In this document: positions 12,951-24,059 of the stretch, in pieces
Layout of the letters: each line of letters begins with the position of its first letter
How positions within the stretch are numbered: the first letter of the stretch is position 1
Assembly (NCBI RefSeq): GCF_001194135.2
Contig: NC_068982.1
Span: 149,786,013 to 149,850,012, forward strand
Direction: 5' to 3'
DNA from: Octopus bimaculoides
Lineage: Eukaryota
Length of the DNA: 64,000 nt
Program-made: the position numbers and the translations under genes
The notes under the pieces: model-generated
Database searches by the model: none
Told to the model about the DNA's origin: nothing
The model's input: the letters and a program-made list of their open reading frames with translations, nothing else

Positions 12951-15900
12951 TTTTTTCTCCTCAGGATCACTATTAAATTTTCTCCATTTAATCAAAATGT
13001 TTCTTGCAAATCAACAACCCATTATTTATTGGACATCATTAGAGGGATCCACTGGTCTTGTTTAACATTATTTCAATATATTTAGCAATGAGTCTTTTAA
13101 TTTTCATCATGTCTCATTATACAATCATCACCAGTGAATTTAGTGGTCATTTCCCAATTGTCCTCTTTTGTTCTTTTTATGCTTGTGTTATTATTTTTTT
13201 TTCTCAGTCTTTAATCATGAACATTTCTCACATAGTGAAAGTGAAAACTTCACCTTGCCTATTACATAAATGTATGCTTGAATGTTATGCATGAAATTAA
13301 CTATATTTTGTTCTTTTTTAAGTTTTTTTCCTTTTTCTTTGTTATTCTGTAAAAGAATATTTTTGTATTGATCAGTAATGTTAGCCTAATTAAATGAAAC
13401 TTTATTGCTTGTCTTTAGTAAATGGCATAGCATAAACTCTCACTTGTTGATAATTATCTGGACTGTTATCTTATTTTATAAAATAATTGCTTTAAAAGTT
13501 TGTTCAAAAGGTGTTGAATTATCAGTGTAACTTTGAATCACTTTATCGAGTACATTATTTTTTTTTTGTGTGTGTGGTAATTACTAAATGCCTATCAGAG
13601 TTGAATTGCCTTTACATCTTTTTTTTTACCTTCTTTTGCATCATCATCATTACCCATTACTACCTCTATGATAGCAATGTCTTTGTCATCATTATCAGAG
13701 TTATTCTTTTGATTATTATCATTGTTCTCTACATATGTTTTTCATGTGGCATCTGTTGTATTGTACAGGGTTGAGAATTCAATTAGCGTCACTGTCTTTT
13801 TTGTATATTGTAAGCCCATCACCAATTTGGTTACTGTTCTTTTAAGAGTTTTAGAATGAAAATTAATCAGTTGAGAAGCTACTTCTATTCAAAAATTCTT
13901 GTTGCTATTTACTTTTGTGTTATTTAGGCTAGCTTAATAGAAGGTATGAAATGTACAATAACTTTTGTGCTCAGTTTACAATTAACCATTGCAGAAACTT
14001 GAAAAGGTCGAGTTTCATTCTTACAACTACAAAGTTCCTTCATGATATGTTGATCCAATATGAAGAATAAATACACCTCACATAAAAGTATTGCTACCCC
14101 ATTTTGATCAAGAAACCAACTGCAACACACCTACATACACACTAACACAAATACTGATATGCAGACTTTTTCTCTCACCAACACTTTAGCAAGATCTTCT
14201 TTTCTCAGACTACTACTGCTGCCTCTATCTTCTGATATTGTTGTGTATATCATATCCACATTAACACATTTTATATCAACTTCATTATTTGTCATCACTA
14301 ATGTATTTTATACTCTTAGACTCCATACTTAACTCTTTGCTCAGTCATTTTCTCTTCAGAGCCACATCTTTGTAGAACATCATGCTTTTTTTTTTTTTTT
14401 TTTTTTTTTTTTCTCCCTCAACCACTCGCAGTAGCCTGTAACTTCAATTGTATTCATTATAATATATATGGTCCTGAAGTATTTATGAGTACAGTTTTAC
14501 CAGTTTAGGCTGTTAAAAAACTGAAGTTGAATATCAATTCTATTACACAATAAATATTTGAATTATCCCAAGTTGTAACATTCTTTGCTTTGAAAGAAGG
14601 TTATTTAATCTAAGAAATTTAATCTAACTTATTCAGAATGGTAAAATGAAAGACTTTTTAAATTTCCAAAATAATGAGAAAAATTAATTACTAAAATTAT
14701 TTGTCACTTCTTTGATTTGTTCAAGTTAATTTGCTTTTAAATTATCCAATTTGTCATCAACTTAAAGTATGTTTTCTTTTAATTCTTTTTTGTACAATTG
14801 TAAGAGTTTTAAATAAAATGTCTCCTAGATTATAAAAAAGATAAAATTGGAACATAATACATATCCTGCCTGTGAGTGACTTCATCAGCAGAAGTACAAA
14901 TCTATTAACTTTTCTTCCATTCTGAATTAATGCTTCTTTTTTTTTTTTTTTCTTTGGTGGGTGGGGTATCAAAAAGCTGTTTATTCGTGGAAAAAGAATA
15001 TAATAGATCAATTGAACTCTTTATATTTATTTTATCAATCACTGAGAGCTGAAAATCAAAATTAACCATGGTGGAATTTACACTTATACTATATAGATCA
15101 TGAGTCAGCAACTTCTTTTATAATGGCCCACTTTTGAATTGTTTTACATATGCCTATCCGTCAGTATATTATATCTTATCTTACATATAAAAATATCCGC
15201 ATATCTCCTAATTTCCACCACCAGCAATGTTTATGTTCGCAAAAATGAGATAAATCGTCACACAAAGACTATCTGTTTAAATGGCATCGATTGCTCAATG
15301 ACTCACTAATGCATTTAGTTTTGCTTTTATTAAAGGCCCATGGTTCCACGGAGAACACTCATGTAACCCATTTGTAGGCTATGCCCTCCCCTCCTCCCAC
15401 TACTGTCACCCGCCCACTGATGTAAATGGACAAAATTAAATATTTTAAAACACCCACTGCTCTATTGTTTCGGACACTCCACTAACGCTTTTCTTTGAAA
15501 ACTATAAAATAAAAGAACAAATAAATATATTTTGGCCATCACAACTGAGGTCATGTTGAAGTACAGTACTCTGGTATGACCTTAGCTATGGTGGCCAAAA
15601 TGTAGTTTTACTGTGTACATAGGACCTATTAGAAGAAACAAGTGATTAAAAGAAACAGAAAGTGGCAATACTATCTATTAGGTGTATTTAGTTTTGCAGA
15701 AATAATAAAATAAAAAAATCATGAAGNNNNNNNNNNATTTTTAATGCAATCTATGTAGATACTTAAGTACCTATAAAAATTTGTTACTGAATATCTCAAC
15801 CACTATAATTTTGTTTTGGAAACATGCTTTCAATTTATTGATGTTGAAACCTAATGTAAATCTGACAGTTTTTCAGTATCTAATCATTGTTGATGTAATG

Positions 15901-16465
15901 CCAAACATCTATGTTACATTAATATTTATGATTTGTCATAAATAGCTGATTTTTTAATTCCAATTGTTTCTATAGTGTAAAAAATGTGCAAAATTTTTAA
16001 TGTGCCAAATGTATAAATGATAAATTGATATAAGCTGTAATGGCACAAACACCTATAAAAAAGAATTATATTTTGAAATGATTCTGGAACTTACTAGTGT
16101 TCAGCCTATGTATTTACTGTATGTACATAAATGCCTATATCATTGGTGTAAGGGACTTTGAGGGAATGAAAAAAAAAAACAACCTAATATATATATTTAC
16201 AGGGGATTTCTCAAGCAAAGTGTTTATATATATTTGTATTTATTGTATTGTTCATATCTGGATGATTCTAATTGTGTAGTTCATGTAAGATAATTTTATT
16301 TTTTAACCTATTTTGGCTATCTTCTGCTTTGATAATCTTTTCTGTCATATTTCATTCTTGTCCTGTTGGGAATACAACTATAAGGTCCAAGCAGTTTCTG
16401 TTTCTTTTAAATCTATCTTATATTCTCTTAATTATGTTACATGTGCACTTTTGATTCCTGCAGGG

Positions 16466-16502
16466 ATGACCAAATGGCCGTATGAATCTGCTTTGAATTT
16501 TG
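16466..16502 (+). CDS. TNRC6: Candidate first coding exon of GW182 (exon 16464-16502): MTKWPYESALNF+G
   Basis: Acceptor cacttttgattcctgcag|16464 and perfect donor TTG|gtaagt. It ends in phase 1, so G+AT at 24060 gives Asp in frame with the large exon. Confidence 0.6.
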
Positions 16503-19500
16503 GTAAGTTTCCTGTAGAGGATAATCAGAAGCTATAGGCTTATATCATGTATGTGTATGTGTGTGTTTGAATATACAAATGAGCAAGGAAAAATGAATTC
16601 AATACATATAGTATATTAATTCAAATGAGTTCTCTGAAGCTGCTTTGGGTTTCCTGTTACTTGTACATTCAAATTTCTATGCAGAATGTGCAAGAAGTGA
16701 GGAAATTCAGAGTAGTTGAAAGTGGTGTATGTATGCATGCATGCATCTATGCACGTGTATGTGTGTACACTCTGTGATGGACTGGGGTCTTGTTCAGGTG
16801 AAATGTCATGCTCTCAATCACTTATGTCATGGAAGCTAGGTAACTGCTCCATGAGTACTAGGACTTCCAACAGTGTTTACTGTTTTTATTTATACACATG
16901 CACACGCACATATATAAATGAGTTTACTTTACCAAATATGCTGGTGCTCATTTTACCATTAAGATTTTATGCAGCAGAATATTTTACCCCAACATATTTT
17001 TGTTTGTTAACAAAAATATTATATACGTGTCTACTTTATCTAAAATCTGTAGTAACAGTGGGACTGTTTTGTTCATGACATTTAAAAAGACCAAAACCTG
17101 TCTAAAGTCGTCACTGTGCTGCTAAAGATCAGATTCACACCCAACTCCATTCTATATTTTTCAGAGTTACCACCATCCTAGACTGGTCACAGGCCCACAT
17201 CTCATTCATACATTCTCGACTTGGTGTCTGGTTGAATGCCTTTTCTGTCACTAGTCCCTTCAAAGTGTATACTGGGCACATTTATTGTGGCACTAATATT
17301 AGAGAAATTGTTATACCTTAAACATTACGAAAGAGTCCTGTTGATCCTGTGCTTATCTCCACTCATTTTCCAATCACTTTTACAGAGTATACTGGGTGCA
17401 TTTTATCATGGCACCTGCATTAGTGAGGTTATCTTTATTCTGTAAGACTAAAGAGGATGATAGTGTAATTAGAGTGAAGGGTAGTTGAGAAGAAAAGAGT
17501 GAGGGATAGTAATAGAGCTGAATAAGAGAGAGATAGATATGAATAGCCAGTGGCCCAAGAAGGGGGAATTGTGATATGACTTATCACAAATGGGATGGTG
17601 TTAGGGTGCATTGGGTACAAATAGATCTGGTGTAATCCTTTGTAAATAGATCTCATGGTGGGAGAAAGAGGTAAAGTAAGAAGGATGGTGGTTGGAAATG
17701 GAGATTGAATACAAGTAGGTCTAGTGCTATCCCTTGTTTCATGGACAGCATATTATATAATATAGTGGGTAGGAATGAGGATCAGTGGTATATATCAATG
17801 TGTGTATGCCTATGTGTGTATTTGATTGTTCCTCTATTTTCCCTGCTCTTTTTAGTAATATAATGCATGATGCTTATTAAATCATATCTTTTTGTAGGCT
17901 TTGCATAAGCATAGATTATAATATGCAGCTGGCGTCAGTCATTGGTTCCTTGGCAGTTTGCTTCTTCCCCCCTCTTGTATGCTTTATTTCAAATGTTTTT
18001 TCTTTCATTTCAAAAATGCAGCATATACTTTCCTTTATTTCGTCTTCTGATAGCGTTACATTCTAGCTATCAAATTAGTTATTTGCGGCTTCTAGTATTG
18101 TTTTTAAAATTTCTAGTTGGCATGGTTGATAAACTGAAATTTATGCACCTCAGGGCCAATACAATTTGGAAAGATAGAATTTTCTGTTAGTATTTTTCCT
18201 CTTTCTGATTCTCTCTGTTCTTTATGGCTTGGTTTAATTTGTTATCAACACCTTGAATTTGTTTCAGACTGTTTTTATTTTCACTAATACATTGCTCATT
18301 ACTTTAAATAATATTCCCTTTCATTGAAGTATATATATTAAGAAAAGAAATAAAAAGAAAATTACACAAATTGGAAATATAATACAAATTACTTATCTAT
18401 ATAAAACTTGGGTGCTGCACTAAAGTGGGACTCAACTCCCACTGATATGTAATTGAATTATATTCACAGATTCATGGCATTAGTGTCTTAGCCCAAATAG
18501 CATGTACTTTAACGTAGCATAGGTCATACAGCTAAATCTGGCAGAATCCATCCTTCTCCAGGTCTAACCACTGCCAGTTTCTTTGAGAGAAAGAGGAAGA
18601 GAGAAAGTAATAGCTGACAGAGATGAACTGACAAAAGTTAAAGTTGGCAGAAATTTAATTCAGAGCATTAGGGACCAAAACAAACTGTCTCTATATCTCT
18701 CTTTTACTCTCTCTCCTCTTCATCTCTTAAGGGGATGTAAAATGTGACTGGAGAACTCAACCAACCAACATTTATATCAGCTGGGTTTTTTGGGTTTTTT
18801 TTCAATAGACTACAGCAGTTAGAACTCTAAAGAAAGAGATTAAAACATGAAATATCACTTTGGTTGATTACTTCACAATTAAACATTTCCATTTTATGTT
18901 ACAATATACTGCTTTGATGTATTAATTAGTTTGTTATAAAGAACTATCATCCCATGTACAGATAGCAATGATGAACTAGAGCACTAATGAAAATTGATGA
19001 AAAGTTGGTGTTGTTTACAATATATGTGGAGGGATATGTGTATCTTAGGATGTTAATGCATCACTGGTGTTTTATATCTATATATTTACAAAACATAAGC
19101 AGAATAATTTTATTGTAAGCACCAATCAGCAACAGTTTTAAATGAAGTTCATAACATGAGCTTTTTGTTTTAAAATTCATCTCTAATTTGTTTTATATTT
19201 TACTTTGTTTCCTTATATGAATGATCAAGTCTGTTAAATATATCTTTTGTAATTGGAGCATATGACTTTTTTTTTTTTTTTTAAATGTTTGTGTACTATT
19301 AGTCAGTTGGCTCATGTCATTGCCAACAAGGGGTAAATTACATTTTTGTAAATGTGACTTTTCATTTATTTATTATCTTCAGCGATAATTTATATAATTC
19401 ACTCAGTGTCCATATACAAGAGTTCAAATTGTTGCCGCCTTCTGGGGTTAAAATTAACTTATGAAAAATGTAGCCTACATTCTCTAGGCTGCACAATATA

Positions 19501-20035
19501 TTTTCAAGCCTTGTTGTATGAGAAAAATTGCAATCTCAGTGCTTGGAAATGCAGTGCTTTGTCACAGGGTGGAGATGTGGTGTGTTAAATCATGAAAGAT
19601 AGTGAGGTCTAGCATTTGTAGTGACTTACAGGATTTTAATTGTTAGGCTTGTTCATTTGCAGGGTAGTTGCAGTGCAAGATTTTGTTTCCTCAATAAATG
19701 TACTGATTGATTGGGTAGCATGTCTTCATTAGAGATTTAAAAAAAAAATTTTGTCTCCATTCAGTGCTTTGTTGGGCATGAGATATGGACAATCAAAACC
19801 CATTGTTAAGCTCTAAGCTCATTTAAATGCCTTCTTTGCTTAAATTATCACATTAAAAGCACCAATTTGTAGGATTGGTATTCTAACTACATCTTTTGTA
19901 AAAAAAAATTATTTTTACTTTATTCCTGTTTTCTGGCATTCTGTGAGTGTATGTATGTAGATAAATGCATTTTGTGTAGATACATAATGTGCATCAATGG
20001 TATCACAATGTAAATTGCTAGTATTTTGCATGCAA

Positions 20036-20036
<1 letters not shown>

Positions 20037-20070
<34 letters not shown>
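20037..20070 (+). repeat. (CA)n microsatellite
   Basis: Perfect dinucleotide run. Confidence 0.97.
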
Positions 20071-20073
<3 letters not shown>

Positions 20074-20800
20074 CCAACTTTAAGTTGTGCAAATCCTGTA
20101 AACCCTTTATTTGTAGCAGAAGTAAACAAACATTCTGGATTTTTTTTCCCTGAGCTAAGAAACAATTTAGTCCTAACCAATTGATGACATACAACAAAAC
20201 AAACTGCATAGCCTATTATTTTCAACACTTCAGTCTTATACTGAGAGAGTATGACATGATTAGTAGAAAACTAATTACTAATTAAACAATTTATACATAT
20301 TAGGCTCAGGATATATCTAAGTCCTCTAATAACTTGTAGTTATTGATATCAATAATGATAAAATATCTTTAATGCATTGTGGTTATGACTACTGTCTCTT
20401 AGGTTTTCATCCTTAAAATATTTAATGCTTGCTTTTAGGAAGATTTAAGCAAACAATTTTGGAAATTTTTTAAATATTCTTTACTTAATAATCCAGTAAT
20501 TGCTTTTATCTGAAAATAAGTCTTGTACAAAATGATAAAAGAAATTATGTCTAATTAATGATATTATAGCAATATTCTTTGAATATTACAGGTTCAATAT
20601 TTTGATTCTCTGGCGGGGTCATTAACCTAGTGGATTAGTTCAGGAATTCTCCTCCAGATTCCTAAAAATGGGTTAATCCTAACCCAAATCACTCTGTAGA
20701 TTATGTGGTGTATGGCTAACCTATGCTACTTTAAATTATTCTTTATAACAATAACATGTATATGCAGGCAGGGATAACTGTAAATGTATATATGTATGTG

Positions 20801-20896
20801 TGTGTGGTTAAGAAGTTTGTTTCTCAGCCATGTGGTTTCAGGTTCAGTCCTACTGCGCAGTTCATTTTAGCAAGTGTTTTCTGCTGTAGTCTCGGT
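20801..20896 (+). mobile_element. tRNA-derived SINE head fragment
   Basis: TGTGGTTAAGAAG (A-box-like) and GGTTCAGTCC (B-box-like); the same head occurs at 29 and ~39310. Confidence 0.7.
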
Positions 20897-22395
20897 TAAA
20901 GCTATTTAGCTTTGGATGTACATCATTATGTGATTACAAAAACTTAGTATGCAACTGTATAGTTTAACATTCAGCCTTGGTGAGTAGAAATGTACGTCAG
21001 AATAAAACCAATATAAATTGATATATTTGTAAGTTTATTATAGGTAAAGAAGAACATATATAGATATGAAAACTAACTTAAACAACAACCATAAAACTCA
21101 AGTGAATATTTCCATTAAATTCTATATTGATATATATTTTTTTATAATGCTGGTTTTCTCACCAACATTATAAACAAGCTAAATAAATTTTGTGCTGGCA
21201 ACATACCAAGAGTTATTGAATTTAATGGAATCTAAATTGAAATCTGTTTTTCAATGCATATATTTTTGTTGCTCTTCCCTTAAGATATATTCCACTTTGA
21301 AACAATAGGTTGGATTCATCTAATTATTTATTAAAAGGAGGTTATGTGCAGATTGTTTAGATTCGTACAGAATAATATCATAGAATTTTTTTTTTTTTTC
21401 ATAATGTATGTTTGTAAAATTACAAGTGTTCAAGGAGACTAATTTCATAGTTTTATACATATGATGTATGGCTATTCATCCAGCTTAGGATTGCTTAATT
21501 TCAGATTTCTATTTGTGTAGTGTAATCAAAATGGATAATTTAATTGATTTTATGAAAGGTTCAGTTGCAGTAAATATATCATGTGTTTATTTTACTAATA
21601 GAATACAAAATTTGTGTGATGACAGCCAAGAATTTAATGTGTGGAGCGTAAAGTACTTTAAATCGGTCTTCAGCCTCACATATTACAAATAAACTTCAAA
21701 ATAGATAGCTATAATAATTGAAGATAGTCACAATATATATATATTAAGTGGAAAAACATTGTGTTCATGTTGTAGAAGTTACCTTTAAATATAAGTATCT
21801 CTCTTCCAAGAGGATTTTAAACTTATTTTTAAGATCCTCAAATAGTATTTTTAAAAGTAACCATATAAAAAGTAATATATTTTAAAATGACGACCTTTTG
21901 GGTGAGAATGTTTTCTAGGTTTTCATCTTTTAAAATTCTCAGTTTGTTGTTAACTCTGGTCAAATTAACTTACACTCAAAGGTGTTCCAGCCATAACCAT
22001 CCTCTTTTGTACATAAGGTACTACTTTATATCCTTCTTTCTGTGCTAAGGGACATTTTTTTTTTCATTTTTACTTAGCTGTCATTTCATATCTACGATCT
22101 GCTGTAAGATTTCATTTTGTCAGATTTTTTTTTTTTTTTCTGCAATTTCAATAGTGTTATGTATATATAGTCTTGAAAATATTATCTATATGTAGTTTTA
22201 TCAATTATTGTACATGCTAAAATTCAGTTATTTAATGTTAAAACCTTTTGCTTATATCTTACTGGCAATAGAATAATGCATTCTGATATTAAAGATTATT
22301 TGTAATATGAACTTCACTGTTATGTTAGATAATTCATTCCTACCTCATTGAAAATTTCTATTTATAAACCAAAATTTGTATTTATTGCACTACAG

Positions 22396-22562
22396 GAAAA
22401 ATTTGGCTTGTCTCCCCAACTCTTGCACACAGCTTCCCACCTTGAAAGTAAGTGTAATGCTGTGCGGGTCTCCACACAACCCACATGGCAAAGGAAAAAG
22501 TCTGGCAGAGTGCCAGATGAATCTAGAAGGCTTTCAAGGACACATCCCTGGAATGTCAGCAG
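22396..22562 (+). CDS. TNRC6: Candidate alternative N-terminal exon of GW182 with two donors (exon ends 22447 or 22562)
   Basis: Acceptor tatttattgcactacag|22396, donors AAA|gtaagt and CAG|gtatat. ATG 22457 opens MLCGSPHNPHGKGKSLAECQMNLEGFQGHIPGMSA, ending in phase 1 and in frame with 24060. Confidence 0.45.
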
Positions 22563-23603
22563 GTATATTTCCTTGAAGATTGTTAGGACTCTCTTAAAAT
22601 ATTAGAGATAAATTTAACATTAAATTGTCTGTTATTGGCAACAGTGCAATGATTATGTCAACTATATATTATGTTGACTCATAGAAAACTTGTGTACCTG
22701 CATTTTTGTTTTATTACTATATACTTACATCTAATTTTCAAGGTTCCTTGCTAAACTGATCTTTCCCTGGGGTTTACCTTCCATTTCTGAATAGTACCTT
22801 GTTTTGTCCTTAATGTTTGACAAGGAGTGTGACTGAAATCTGTTAAGGGATTTTAATGTTTTCCTTACCCCAATCTCTTTTAACCTTGTATCTCTGCATT
22901 CCCTTTGAAGGGATCAGTTTAGTTTGTTTATGAATATTTAACATGTAAGAAAAATTGTTTAATACTTTGATGATTAATGCTATTTTATTTATTTTATTTT
23001 TTGATAGTTTCATTTATGCCTTCAGTTGTTTCTGTTACCAATTTCAAGAATCCTCTATTTCAGATCTCTTTATTTTTCAGGAACAATTATTATTATTATT
23101 TTTGTTTGTTTTTCTTTGTGCATGTGCACAACAACACTTGTAGAAAGAAAGAAAAAACTAAAAATAACATGAATATATTCCTAAGTGCCAGTTCATTATG
23201 TTCATTATGTTACTTGGGTATAGGCAAAGAACATAAATTATTACACTACTGTTTTAGAAGTGAGTAAATTTAGCAGTAAAATAATAGTGATGTTTGATAT
23301 TAATTACAGAAACAAGGTTTGTGTAAAATCATTAAATATCTAACTATCAAACAAATAATTAACTTATCATGAATGTTGGTTCTATGGTTATTCAAATATA
23401 TCATTGAGAAATCAACTCTGCCAAAAGTATATTTAACTTCCATATTGTTTGTCAATCATAATCATAACACTGCCTAAACCAGCAAGCCTTTCTTACCAGA
23501 TGACACCCCACACAACTAAATTCTAAATAAAAAAAAGCCTGCTGCAGACTTGGCTGAAACCTTATGATCAGAGTGTGTCTGATGCACTGGACACACCCTA
23601 ACA

Positions 23604-23651
23604 TTTCCTAGCAAACTTATGGTACCTTGAAGCTGTAAGTTTGCTAGGAAA
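23604..23651. repeat. Perfect 16-bp inverted repeat with 16-nt spacer (hairpin)
   Basis: TTTCCTAGCAAACTTA (23604-23619) is the exact reverse complement of TAAGTTTGCTAGGAAA (23636-23651). Confidence 0.95.
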
Positions 23652-24059
23652 GCTAGTAAGGCTACTCAGCATTAACAACTACATACATAACATTCAATAG
23701 TCCCATAATTTTAGAAAACAATGATTGTATACTAATTTAAAGCTGCTACAATGGGGGAACATTTTCCCTGTTGTATGTATAAAACTATACAAGGTAATAA
23801 ATAAAATATATTGCTAATTACCTTCAGTTTTTGTACATAGATGCTTATATTCAAAACAAATTTTGAGAGATAAGTATACTTTCGTGGTTTTAAAATATTG
23901 TGAAAAATGGTATTTCTGTCATTAAAAATTTATGAAGTTTTCCATTTTCCTATGCATCTTAGTTTGCTTTCAGATTTATAGAATACAGAAATGAATAATA
24001 TTCTTGTAATTATAATATATTTTATTTATTTATGTGTTCTTTTTCTTTTATTTTTACAG

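Noticed and set aside
15095-15540. CpG-containing patch starting with a hAT-TIR-like sequence, or an internal promoter
   Set aside because: No matching terminal repeat, target-site duplication or promoter architecture found.
18424-18443. 7-bp hairpin AGTGGGA/TCCCACT
   Set aside because: Too short; expected by chance in 64 kb.
20592-20671. Possible extra 5' exon (ttacag|GTTC...AATGG|gttaat)
   Set aside because: Weak donor and stops in all three frames; cannot be supported without transcripts.
24032-24059. ORF-track start MCSFSFIFT and extension of the ORF to 26905
   Set aside because: These are the intronic polypyrimidine tract and read-through past the donor at 26759.
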